64,000 nt of DNA, from contig DATIPQ010000083.1 in the NCBI GenBank assembly GCA_035471785.1, forward strand, positions 10,569-74,568, given 5' to 3'. This DNA comes from Acidobacteriota bacterium (GTDB taxonomy: Bacteria; Acidobacteriota; UBA6911; RPQK01; DATIPO01). Both the position numbers and the translations under genes were made by a program. The notes under the pieces are model-generated. The model saw only the letters and a program-made list of their open reading frames with translations, ran no database searches and had not been told where the DNA came from. Shown piece after piece: positions 30,675 to 40,150 of this stretch (position 1 is the stretch's first letter; every line of letters starts with the position of its first letter).

Positions 30675-33600
30675 TCACAGTTCCGTGTATGCGACGCGCG
30701 CATCCAAGAGGTCGCGGATCGTCGCCGCCAAAGCCTGAGCGTTGTCTTTGGCCATCAAAGTGAAATGGTTCCCGGGAATCTCGCGTGTCACCAGCTTTCC
30801 AACCCACTCGCCCCACTCATAGCCGTCCCTTGAATACTCCTGCGGAATCTCGATGGAGGGGTCGGGAAAGGGTTCAGCGGCGCGCAGCAGGAACACTTCT
30901 CCCTCGAACGGCCGCGGCTGATAGGAGAGGAAGGCGTCCCGGTTGAGTTCCAGGGCGCTGGAGAGCCGCTCGATCTCGCCGCTGCCTTCCTGCAACTCTG
31001 ATGATATGAAGCCCTCCAAGCCTAGGACGTCCATCTGGCGGATCGCCGTGCGGGCCCGAACCTGCGCCGAGGGTGAAGCCAGAGCCCCGGGCGGCAACCA
31101 GGTATCGAGCATCAAGACGGCGGCCACCTCCCGTTTGCGCTGCCTCCAGCGCCTGGCCATCTCCAGGGCGATGCAGCCCCCCATCGACCAGCCGGCCACA
31201 ATCAGCGGGCCCCGGTTGCGGATCGAATCGATAACTTCCGTGTAGCGTGCGGACAGATTCTCGATGGAGTGGGCCATCTTTTTGACTTTTGTATCGGGCG
31301 CCTGCAGGCCGAAGATCGAGTAATCTCCCAGCCGTTTGGCAACCTCCATGAAGGGAAGGACCGAACCGCTGGCGGCATGCACAAAGACAATGACGGGTTT
31401 GCCGGGTCTGGGAGCCAAAGGGACCAACCTGGCCTCCGGATCCCCCGGCGCAGTCTTCAAGGTTTGGGCCAGCGCCCGCACCGAGCGCGCAGCGAAGACG
31501 TCGGCCACCGAAGGACGAAGGCCGAGTTCCTGAGAGCAAGCCGCAATGAGCTTGAAGATGAGCAGAGAATGGCCCCCAAGTTCGAAGAAGCTGTCGGTGA
31601 CGCTGATCTCGCTGAGGCCCAGGACCCGCTGGAAGATTTCCAGCAGCTTTTGTTCCTGCACGTCGGCGGGGGGAACCAGCTTTCCCTGTCGAGGCGGCGT
31701 GGATTTTTCCTCCTGCCACAGCCGCAGCAAGGCGGCTTGATCGGTCTTGCCGTTGACGTTGGCGGGGATGCTGTCGACGCTGATGAAGGACTCCGGCAAC
31801 ATGAAGCGAGGCAATATGCGGCCCGCGTGCTGTATCAGTTCCTGTGGCGAAACGGCGTCCCCGCCGGCGGGCACGATGAAGGCGATGATCCTGCCGGCGC
31901 TTCCTTTGCCGACCGGCAGCACCACGCTCTCCTCGACTGCTGGGTGCTCGCAGAGCACGGCTTCGATCTCGGCCGGCTCGATACGCATCCCGCGGACTTT
32001 GACCTGCCTGCCGATGCGGCCCAGGTGTTCCAGGACGCCGTCATCGCGATAACGGCAGAGGTCTCCGGTGCGGTACATGCGACCTCCCGGCTGCCCGTAG
32101 GGGTCGGGGAGGAAGCGCTCCGCGGTCAGGGCGGGACGCCTAAAATAACATTGGGCCACCCCCGCCTCGCCCCCCAAGTAAGCCTCGCCCGGCACTCCCA
32201 CCGGCAAGACCTGCAATCGTTCGTCCAGCACGTAGACTCTGAAGTTGGGGGCGGGCCTGCCCAACGGCACGGTAGGCGAGCCCGGATCAGGGTGCAGGAC
32301 CATATCGGTCACGCACCCTGCCTCGGTGGGTCCATAGCAATTGATCAGGCGAGCCTCCAAACGCTGATAGAAACCGTCGCGAATGCGCGGGGTCACGGGC
32401 TCCCCTCCACAGAAGACCCAGCGCAGTGAGGGACAGCTTCCCGCCGGAAGCTGATCGAGAAACACCTGCATCATGGTCGGGATGAGAAAGATCGTGGTGA
32501 CGTGGTAGCGCTCGATCTGCTCGATCAGATAGAGGGGATCGCGATGTCCCCCCGGCTGGCAGACGACCAGCGTGGCGCCGCGGTATAGGGGCCAGAAGAT
32601 CTCCCAGATGGAAACGTCGAATCCATAGGATGTCTTGAACAAAGCGGCATCGCCCGGGCCGAAGGGGTAGGACTTCTGCAGCCAGAAGATGTTGGCGAGG
32701 GCGCCTTCGACGGGGTAAGCCACGGCCTTGGGGCGCCCGGTTGATCCCGAGGTATAGAGAAGATGGATGAGATGGCGGGCAGATCCCTCGTTGACGGGAT
32801 TTGTCGAGGGGAAGTCCGACCAGCGGTGGGCTTCCTCGTCGACTGCTATCACGGGCCGCCCGCTGTCGGCAAGGCGGGAGCGGGTAGAGCGGTCGGCCAG
32901 CACCAGCAGGGGCCGGGTGTCCTCGATCATGAATTGCAGACGGCCATCGGGAAGTTCCGGGTCCAGGGGAACGTAGGCGGCGCCGGACTTGGTGACGGCA
33001 TAGAGAGCCGCGACGAGGGCGAAGCCGCGTTCCAAGCACAGGGCGATCAAAGTGTTGCGTCCGGCCCCCAGTCCCCGAAGGTAGTGGGCCAGCCGGTTGG
33101 CCTGCCGGTTGAGATCGGCATAGGTCAAACGGCCCTCGTCTCCCGCCAGCGCCCATGCTTGAGGGGTGCGCTCGACCTGCTCCTCGAAGGGCTCGGCCAT
33201 GGTGCGGTAGGGGAACTCGGGGCAGCGATAGGGATTCAAGCGGTTGAGGATGCGGTCCCGTTCCCGGGTGGAGATCAGCGGGAAAGCGCCGACGCGTCGG
33301 TCAGGTTCCTGCGCCATGGCCGAGAGCAGCCTGAGGTACATCTTCACGAAACGGGCGGCAGTACTCTCTTCGAAGAGATCGGAAGAGTATTCTAAGAATC
33401 CGCAGAGGCCTTCAGGCGTCTCCGTCAACGAAACCGTCAGATCCCACTTCGCCGACTCGCTTTCGAGCAGCACCCCTCCCACTTCGGCTCCTCGGCATTC
33501 TACGTCAGCGGCCGACTGCAGGCCGAAGAAGGTCTGGAAGACGGGACTGTAAGCGGACTCGCGGGGCACTTTCAAGGCCGCCACAACCCTGTCGAAAGGT

Positions 33601-34691
33601 ACTGATTGGTGATCCTGAGCTTCCATCACCGTGGCATGAGTGCGTCCCACAGCCTCCCTGAATGAGGGGTCTCCGGACAGATCGGTGCGCAGCGCTACCG
33701 TCTTGACAAAACACCCGACCAGAGTTTCGGCCAGCGGATGGTCTCGTCCGGCCAGCGGCGCTCCCGCGATCAGGTCGGATTGTGCTGTCAGCCGCAGCAA
33801 GAGAACCTTGTAAGCGGACAGCGTCACCACGAACAAGCTGGTTGCTTCTTGTTCCGCCAGGCGCTTGAGGTCGGAAACGAGTTGAGGAGAAGCCGCGATG
33901 GGGAGGGCGCGTCCTCGACGGCTCGGAACGGGCGGGCGGGGGCGGTCCCCGGGCAGGTCAAGCACCGGCAACTGCCCTCCGAGCTTGCTCAGCCAATAGT
34001 CGAGGTCTCGGTCCAGCCGCCGACGGTCGACGGCTTCCTGCTGCCAGGCGACGAAGTCCAAAAAGCCGATGTCGCCGGGGGGCTCCGGTTCCTCTCCTTC
34101 CAGCAGGGAGGCCATTTCTTGCAGCAACAGCGCCGCAGACCAGTAGTCGGCGATCAGGTGGTGAAAGACGAGGACCAGTACGGCCTCCCCTCCCGGCATC
34201 AGGATGGCGCAGACGCGAAAGAGGGGTGGCTGCTCAAGGGGCAGAGGGTCTCCTGCGGCTGCATCGCCGATATCCTTCATGGCCCGTTCCGCCAGCTTCG
34301 GGGAAAGGCCGGTCAGGTCATGCCATTGCAGGGGAGGCTCCAGGATGCCCGAGTCCTGCTGCAGCGGCTCTCCCTCCTCTTCGGTAATCCGCAGGCGCAG
34401 CGCGTCATGGCGTTCCATCAGCGTCCGCAAGGCCATCTCCAAGCGCGCCCGGCCCGGGGCCGCAGGAAGGCGCAAGGTCTCGAACAGGTTGTACTCAGCG
34501 CTGTCGGGAAACAACCGCGCGAAGAACCAGATGCGGGCCTGAGCAGAGCTGAGCGGTATTCGGCGTTCGCGGGGTATGGGGACCAGCTTGTCGGGAAGGG
34601 ACGGCTTCAGTCCTCGACGGAGCATTCTCTGGATAAGGCGCGTCCTGGCTGAGTCCAGATCTGCCGGGGTGCCAGGAATCAGGTCGCTCAT
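30675..34691 (-). CDS. NRPS termination module C-A-T-TE
   Basis: HHLIADYWS (C), LLYTSGSTGRPKA and INCYGPTE (A), FFELGGHSL (T), GWSMGG (TE). The start is set at MSDLIPG (34691), 2 nt after the upstream stop. Confidence 0.95.
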   Translation of the reverse strand: MSDLIPGTPADLDSARTRLIQRMLRRGLKPSLPDKLVPIPRERRIPLSSAQARIWFFARLFPDSAEYNLFETLRLPAAPGRARLEMALRTLMERHDALRLRITEEEGEPLQQDSGILEPPLQWHDLTGLSPKLAERAMKDIGDAAAGDPLPLEQPPLFRVCAILMPGGEAVLVLVFHHLIADYWSAALLLQEMASLLEGEEPEPPGDIGFLDFVAWQQEAVDRRRLDRDLDYWLSKLGGQLPVLDLPGDRPRPPVPSRRGRALPIAASPQLVSDLKRLAEQEATSLFVVTLSAYKVLLLRLTAQSDLIAGAPLAGRDHPLAETLVGCFVKTVALRTDLSGDPSFREAVGRTHATVMEAQDHQSVPFDRVVAALKVPRESAYSPVFQTFFGLQSAADVECRGAEVGGVLLESESAKWDLTVSLTETPEGLCGFLEYSSDLFEESTAARFVKMYLRLLSAMAQEPDRRVGAFPLISTRERDRILNRLNPYRCPEFPYRTMAEPFEEQVERTPQAWALAGDEGRLTYADLNRQANRLAHYLRGLGAGRNTLIALCLERGFALVAALYAVTKSGAAYVPLDPELPDGRLQFMIEDTRPLLVLADRSTRSRLADSGRPVIAVDEEAHRWSDFPSTNPVNEGSARHLIHLLYTSGSTGRPKAVAYPVEGALANIFWLQKSYPFGPGDAALFKTSYGFDVSIWEIFWPLYRGATLVVCQPGGHRDPLYLIEQIERYHVTTIFLIPTMMQVFLDQLPAGSCPSLRWVFCGGEPVTPRIRDGFYQRLEARLINCYGPTEAGCVTDMVLHPDPGSPTVPLGRPAPNFRVYVLDERLQVLPVGVPGEAYLGGEAGVAQCYFRRPALTAERFLPDPYGQPGGRMYRTGDLCRYRDDGVLEHLGRIGRQVKVRGMRIEPAEIEAVLCEHPAVEESVVLPVGKGSAGRIIAFIVPAGGDAVSPQELIQHAGRILPRFMLPESFISVDSIPANVNGKTDQAALLRLWQEEKSTPPRQGKLVPPADVQEQKLLEIFQRVLGLSEISVTDSFFELGGHSLLIFKLIAACSQELGLRPSVADVFAARSVRALAQTLKTAPGDPEARLVPLAPRPGKPVIVFVHAASGSVLPFMEVAKRLGDYSIFGLQAPDTKVKKMAHSIENLSARYTEVIDSIRNRGPLIVAGWSMGGCIALEMARRWRQRKREVAAVLMLDTWLPPGALASPSAQVRARTAIRQMDVLGLEGFISSELQEGSGEIERLSSALELNRDAFLSYQPRPFEGEVFLLRAAEPFPDPSIEIPQEYSRDGYEWGEWVGKLVTREIPGNHFTLMAKDNAQALAATIRDLLDARVAYTEL
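30678..31430 (-). other. Thioesterase domain (type I) of the C-A-T-TE protein
   Basis: The last ~251 aa are an alpha/beta-hydrolase with VIVFVHAASGS and the nucleophile elbow AGWSMGGCIALE (Ser codon about 31185-31187). Confidence 0.7.
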
Positions 34692-34693
34692 GT

Positions 34694-37600
34694 TTACCTT
34701 CCCATATCTGACAGGCGGCGCTCCACCTCGCGTTCGGGCAGTGACGCCACCATAGCCACCATGGCCTGCTCGGTGGCGTCGGCCAGGCCTTCGATGGTGG
34801 GGTTTGAAAAGAAGTCGCGCACCGACAACTGGACGCCGAAGGCCGCATCGACGCGGCTCAGCACTTGGATGCACTTGAGGGAGTTGCCTCCGACGGCGAA
34901 AAAATTGTCGTTGCGGCCCACCTTTGTCAGACCCAGGACCTCCTTCCACAGATCGGCCAACGCACTTTGAAGCTGCCCTTCGGGCTCCAGCCCCCCGACG
35001 CGGGCTTCAAGATCCCGCCTTTGCGGCGGCGGCAAAGCCCGGCGGTCCAGCTTCCCTGAAGGCGTCAAAGGCAGCTCGGACCGGAAGACATAGACCGCGG
35101 GCAGCATGAAAGTAGGAAGAAACCGCTCGGCGTGAGCGGCCAGATGGGGCAGGGCGGCGCGGTCCCCGACGACGTAGGCGACAAGTTGGGCTGAGCCTTG
35201 GCTGTCTGGTCGTAGGACAACGGCGCAAGTCGCCACCGACGGGTGGCGCGAAAGAACCGACTCGATCTCGCCGCACTCCACCCGGCAGCCGCGAATCTTC
35301 GTTTGCTGGTCCCCGCGGCCAAGAAAACGGATGAGTCCTTGATCGTCGAAACAGGCCAAATCTCCCGTCCGGTAGAGCCGCTCACCGCTGGAAACGGCGT
35401 AGGGGTTTGGCAGGAACTTCTCGGCAGTGAGCCGAGGCTGGCCATAATAGCCGCGGGCCAATCCCCCGCAGCCGGCCACGTAAAGCTCTCCCGTCACTCC
35501 GGGAGGCACGGCACTCAGAGCCGAGTCGAGGATGAAGAGGCGGTAGATGCCGAGCTGAGTGCCGATGGGAAGCCCCTCTCCGTTTTTGAAGTCCCGGCCT
35601 TCCCAGCCTGCCACCTCGGAGGTCTCGGTCTGGCCGTAGAGGTTATGCAATTCGACAGCGAAATGCCGCGAGAAGCGCTGGAGAACGTGTGCCGCCATCG
35701 CCTCTCCCGAAACCTGGATCCAGCGCAGGTCGGGGTAGTCGGCGGGCGGCGCGGACCTCAGGTAGGCCTCCAGCATGGACGGAACGAAATGGGCGAAGAC
35801 CGTCCCCGGTTTGTTGAGCAGAGATTGGATGTGTGCGACGTCGGAACTGGAACCGGGATCAGTCATGAGAATGGCCGCGCCGGCATGCAGGGGTCCGAAA
35901 ATCTCCCAAATGGCCACGTCGAAGATGAGGGGCGTCTTGTGCAGGACCCTTTCGCCTTCTTTCAAGGGATAGCGGTCAGCCAGCCAGCGCAGCCTGTTCA
36001 TGGCGCAGCGGTGATCGATGGCCACGCCTTTGGGGCGGCCGGTGGAACCGGAGGTGTAGTAGAGGCAGGCAAGGTTGTCCAAAGAAACCGTTACGCCGGG
36101 ATCGGCCCCTTGCAAAGCGTCCAGGTCTTCATCGTCCGCTCCGCCGACAGGGATGGAAAGCGGGGCCAGATCGGGCGAGGCCGCATCCCGCGTCACCACT
36201 ATCTGCAGCCCGCCGTCTTGGGCGATGCTGCGCAGCCGTTCCACGGGTTGAGCCGGATCGAGCGGGACGAAGGCCGCGCCGCTTTTGAGAACCGCCAGCA
36301 GAGCGGCCACCAGGTCGAAAGACCGTTCAATGCAGATGCCGATCCTTGCTTCCGGTCCGGCGCCGGCCTCGATCAGGACCCGCGCCAGACGGTTGGCGCG
36401 ACTGTTTAGCTCTCGATAGGTGAGGAAGCCTTGTCGGGCTTCGATGGCGACAGCCTCGGGATAGCGCCGGACCTGCTCCTCGAAGCCCTGGTGCAGTGTC
36501 TTGAGTCCGCTGTAGGCTTGGAACCGGGCATTGGCTGTAGCGGCCAGGTCTTGCCGTTCCCGGGCGGGAAGCAGGGCCAATTCATCCAGCCGCGCCTGCG
36601 GACGGCGGACGGCGTCGTGCAACAAGGTTTTCAGTGCCTTGACCAAGGATCGCGCGGCGGGCTTGTTGAGCAGGGGCGTGGCGTACTCCAACTCTCCCTC
36701 ATAACCGCCCGCGGCGCGGCGCAGGGTGCAGGTCAGGTCGACTTTAGCGGTCTCCGTGTGGATGACGACTTCTTGGATGTCCAAGTCCCGGATTCGGAGT
36801 TCCCGGTCGGCCGGGGTGCTCTGCAAGACGAACATCGCCTGAAAGACCGGGTTGCTTTCCCTTCTGCGCGGCAGCGAAAGCTCATCGACGACCACATCGA
36901 AAGGAAGCTGCTGGTTTGCCATTCCCTCCGAGAGCAAGCGCGAGGTCTGAACAACCAGCTCCTGGAAAGTGACCCCGGGGGGAAAGCGAAAGGGCAACGC
37001 CACCGTGTTGGTGAAATAGCCGATGATGGCCTCGGTCTCGGGCAGCGGGCGGCAGGCCGCCGGTACACCCACGACGATAGTGTCCTGCCGGGAGTGTCGG
37101 AATAAAGTCGCCGCAAAGGCGGCCAGCATGACCGTGAATTCGGTCGTCTCCAAACGGCGGGCCAACTGGGTTATGGCCAAGCTCAGATCGGCTTCTACGC
37201 GCACATCTTCCAGCGCCCCCTTGGGCCGGAAGCTTCTCTCCAGGACGACGTCTCGATTAAGACGCAGAGAGGGCAGTTCCCCGCTCAGTTGGCGGCGCCA
37301 AAACTCCCGCTGACGGTCCGCCTGGTTTCCTCGCAGCCAGCGCGATTGCCAGTCCGCGTAGTCCCCGTACTGGAATCCGGGTTCGGGCAAATGGGCTTGG
37401 CCGTTAAGAAAAGCGCAGAGTTCCCGCCAAAAGAGACCCAGCGACCAGGCATCGAACACGCAATGGTGGAAGTTGAGGAACAGCAGGTGCTCATCCTCGG
37501 CTACCTGAATGCAAAGCGATCTGAACAAAGGAGCCCTCGAGAGGTCGAATGGCTCCCTGGCCGCCGCCTCTGCCGCTGCCAGGGCGCTGGGGAAAGAGGA

Positions 37601-39697
37601 GACGCTTACTCGGCGAGAGGAGATGGACATGGGAGGAGCGATTTCCTGGCACAATTTGCCCTCATGCTCGACTAGAGCAGTACGCAAGGACTCGTGGCGA
37701 GCCAGGATGCGGGTGAGGGCTTGGTCTAACTCGTCCAGCGACAGATCTCCGCGGATGCGGTAGCCGAAGGGGACCGAGTAGACGGGGGCCCTCCCGTGCA
37801 GCTTGTCCAGGAACCAGAGGCGCTGCTGCCCCCGCGAGGCTGGATGGCGGCCGCGCCGAACCGTCTTCAGCCCGGCGGCGCGCCTCTGCCCGTTCCGGCC
37901 CAGTTTGCCGACGAGGATCTGCGGGTCGCCGTTCCAGCGCTCAAGCAGCAGCGCCGCCAGGGAGCGCACCGACTGGCACCGCTGAAACTCTGCAAAGCTG
38001 ATCTCGATGACGGCAACCTCGGCTATGCGTCCCAGCAGGCACAAGGCCCGCAGGGAATCGCCTCCACAGGCGAAAAAGCCCTGCTCCAGCGATTCGGGAG
38101 AACCTCCTGCGTACTCCTGGAACAGGTCCGCCACCACGAGTTCCAACTCGGAGGCTTTGCCCAAGCTGGCCTTCATGGCTGATTGGGGGGCCGGAAGCCG
38201 GCTGCGGTCCAACTTGGCGGTGACCGGCGAGAGCGGCAACCGTTTCAGAGGAATGAGCACGGACGGGACCATGACCGCCGGAAGGCGCCGGGAGAGGCGG
38301 CGCCGCAAGTCGGAGCGGGAGAAGTTCCGCGCCACAACATAAGCGGCCAGGCGCATATCGCCGGGCGCTTCCTGGTAGGCCACGACGGCCGCCTCCCTCA
38401 CTCCCGGACAGCGCCGAAGGGCGGCCTCAACTTCGTCCAGCTCAACCCGATGGCCGCGGATTTTCACCTGATTATCGACACGTCCGGCGAACTGAATATT
38501 GCCGTCGGCGAGAAGATGACCACGATCGCCGCTACGGTACATCCGGGCGCCGCGACCGGCGAAGGGATCGGGGAGGAAGCGCTCGGCCGTCAGGGCGGGG
38601 CGGTTCAGATACCCCCGAGCCAAGGCCTTCCCGCTGATGAAGAGTTCGCCGGTCTCGCCTGGCCGAACCGGTTCCAGGTCGGCGCCCAAGATATGGATGT
38701 CGACGTTGGCGATCGGCCGCCCGATCGGCACGCAGGGCTCATCGGCCTTTACCGGTCCGCTGAAAATCGCGCAACTGATGGTGGCTTCCGTGGGCCCATA
38801 ATCGGCGATCCATTCGACCTCGCCGCTCCATGGCAGCTCCCGCCAACCCACGAGCTTCTCGGTCAACAGCCTATCGCCCCCGACGAAGACCAACCGCAGA
38901 GCTTGCGGACGCTGGCCGCCCGCTCGGCATAGGGCATCGACCCAGTGATGCCAGTAGGCGCTGGGCAAGCTCAGGACGGAAACCCTTTCGCCATCCAGCA
39001 GGTCCTGCAACTGATCCGCAGTGGGGACGCGTGCTGGAGGCAGCACCACTGCCGCGCCCCGCGACCAGGCCGGAAAGATCTCCTCAAGCGCTGCGTCGAT
39101 GCTGATCGACGTGAATTGAAGCACGCGGTCTTGAGGATGGATGCGCAGGACCTCCGCCATGTGGAGGACGTGATTAAGCAAGCTTGGGCCCGCCACGGCC
39201 ACTGCTTTGGGCCGGCCGGTGGAACCCGAGGTATAGATGCAGTAAACCAAGTCCTCCGGACAGGCGGAGGCGGGAGGATTGGCTTTCGGCTGCCGCGAGA
39301 TGGCGGGCCAATCGGCATCCAAATCGACGACCCGCAATGTGCGGCTCCCCGCCAGCCGCTCCTTGAGGTCTTGACGGGTGAGCAGGAAATCGACCCGGGC
39401 GTCGTCCAGCATCCAACGAAGCCGCCGGACGGGATGATCGGGATCGAGAGGCAGGTAGGCTCCGCCGGCTTTGAGGATGGCCAAAAGGGCCTCCAACATC
39501 CGCACCGACCGTTCCAGGTGGAGTCCTACCAGGCCTGCCGGCTGCAGACCGCCTGCGATCAGGTGGCGGGCCAGTTGGTTGGCGCGGCGGTTCAGTTGCC
39601 CGTAGGTGACCGTTTGGCCTGAGGAGAAGATCGCCGCAGCGTCGGGGCACTCCTCCGCTTTGCGTTCAAAGAGTTCAGTCACCCGTTTCAGCGCCAT
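34694..39697 (-). CDS. NRPS loading + elongation modules A-T-C-A-T
   Basis: Starts directly with an A domain (VTYGQLNRRANQLARHL, LVYCIYTSGSTGRPKA), then FFACGGDSL (T), HHCVFDAWS (C), LYYTSGSTGRPKG/NLYGQTE (A) and FFAVGGNSL (T). The ATG at 39697 has GGAGGG 8 nt upstream and is preferred over 39745. Confidence 0.95.
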   Translation of the reverse strand: MALKRVTELFERKAEECPDAAAIFSSGQTVTYGQLNRRANQLARHLIAGGLQPAGLVGLHLERSVRMLEALLAILKAGGAYLPLDPDHPVRRLRWMLDDARVDFLLTRQDLKERLAGSRTLRVVDLDADWPAISRQPKANPPASACPEDLVYCIYTSGSTGRPKAVAVAGPSLLNHVLHMAEVLRIHPQDRVLQFTSISIDAALEEIFPAWSRGAAVVLPPARVPTADQLQDLLDGERVSVLSLPSAYWHHWVDALCRAGGQRPQALRLVFVGGDRLLTEKLVGWRELPWSGEVEWIADYGPTEATISCAIFSGPVKADEPCVPIGRPIANVDIHILGADLEPVRPGETGELFISGKALARGYLNRPALTAERFLPDPFAGRGARMYRSGDRGHLLADGNIQFAGRVDNQVKIRGHRVELDEVEAALRRCPGVREAAVVAYQEAPGDMRLAAYVVARNFSRSDLRRRLSRRLPAVMVPSVLIPLKRLPLSPVTAKLDRSRLPAPQSAMKASLGKASELELVVADLFQEYAGGSPESLEQGFFACGGDSLRALCLLGRIAEVAVIEISFAEFQRCQSVRSLAALLLERWNGDPQILVGKLGRNGQRRAAGLKTVRRGRHPASRGQQRLWFLDKLHGRAPVYSVPFGYRIRGDLSLDELDQALTRILARHESLRTALVEHEGKLCQEIAPPMSISSRRVSVSSFPSALAAAEAAAREPFDLSRAPLFRSLCIQVAEDEHLLFLNFHHCVFDAWSLGLFWRELCAFLNGQAHLPEPGFQYGDYADWQSRWLRGNQADRQREFWRRQLSGELPSLRLNRDVVLERSFRPKGALEDVRVEADLSLAITQLARRLETTEFTVMLAAFAATLFRHSRQDTIVVGVPAACRPLPETEAIIGYFTNTVALPFRFPPGVTFQELVVQTSRLLSEGMANQQLPFDVVVDELSLPRRRESNPVFQAMFVLQSTPADRELRIRDLDIQEVVIHTETAKVDLTCTLRRAAGGYEGELEYATPLLNKPAARSLVKALKTLLHDAVRRPQARLDELALLPARERQDLAATANARFQAYSGLKTLHQGFEEQVRRYPEAVAIEARQGFLTYRELNSRANRLARVLIEAGAGPEARIGICIERSFDLVAALLAVLKSGAAFVPLDPAQPVERLRSIAQDGGLQIVVTRDAASPDLAPLSIPVGGADDEDLDALQGADPGVTVSLDNLACLYYTSGSTGRPKGVAIDHRCAMNRLRWLADRYPLKEGERVLHKTPLIFDVAIWEIFGPLHAGAAILMTDPGSSSDVAHIQSLLNKPGTVFAHFVPSMLEAYLRSAPPADYPDLRWIQVSGEAMAAHVLQRFSRHFAVELHNLYGQTETSEVAGWEGRDFKNGEGLPIGTQLGIYRLFILDSALSAVPPGVTGELYVAGCGGLARGYYGQPRLTAEKFLPNPYAVSSGERLYRTGDLACFDDQGLIRFLGRGDQQTKIRGCRVECGEIESVLSRHPSVATCAVVLRPDSQGSAQLVAYVVGDRAALPHLAAHAERFLPTFMLPAVYVFRSELPLTPSGKLDRRALPPPQRRDLEARVGGLEPEGQLQSALADLWKEVLGLTKVGRNDNFFAVGGNSLKCIQVLSRVDAAFGVQLSVRDFFSNPTIEGLADATEQAMVAMVASLPEREVERRLSDMGR

Positions 39698-39727
39698 AGA
39701 AGCAGCCCTCCAGCCCGAGGCATCGGA

Positions 39728-39766
39728 GAGGATGGAGGGCGGCATTGGTCATCGCCCTCCATCCTC
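39728..39766 (-). promoter_or_regulatory. Perfect 14-bp inverted repeat (stem-loop) between the small ORF and the loading NRPS
   Basis: GAGGATGGAGGGCG (39728-39741) and CGCCCTCCATCCTC (39753-39766), separated by an 11-nt loop. GC-rich, with no following U-tract on the minus-strand transcript. Confidence 0.6.
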
Positions 39767-39776
39767 AGGTCGAACA

Positions 39777-40007
39777 TCAGCGTTTGGACCGCAGACGCTT
39801 GACGGCGACTTCAGGATCGGCTGCCGGATCAATCGTACGATTGACCGCCTTGGCCAGCTCTTGCATGATGACCTTGTTGCCGCGGACCTCCTTGTCGATG
39901 ACCGGGTTGACCCTGAACTCATCCAGCATGGCCTGCAAAGCGTTGTCGCGTCGGCTTTGCTCCAGCCTGCTGAATTCTTCAATGTCCGTTAGGCTTCCGA
40001 TTAACAT
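39777..40007 (-). CDS. Small hypothetical protein (76 aa), predicted helical, basic C-terminus
   Basis: AAGGAG lies 7 nt upstream of the ATG at 40007. The gene is co-directional inside the operon. No family was recognised. Confidence 0.55.
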   Translation of the reverse strand: MLIGSLTDIEEFSRLEQSRRDNALQAMLDEFRVNPVIDKEVRGNKVIMQELAKAVNRTIDPAADPEVAVKRLRSKR

Positions 40008-40150
40008 CTTGTTACTCCTTTTTGGGGTTGTTCTTGGAGGCCGAACTGGCCCCCATTACGTTGCAAAAATGATAGATGGCGGGTTGGTCCCCGATCGTTG
40101 CCCTGCCATATCCCTGGGCGTTGCGAGAAAGCCCCTGAGCAGGGCCGCCT

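Noticed and set aside
39698-39745. Upstream ATG (39745) as the start of the loading NRPS
   Set aside because: That ATG lies in the loop of the 14-bp hairpin, and the extra residues (MPPSILSDASGWRAAS) are not part of an A domain. The ATG at 39697 has a properly spaced GGAGGG.
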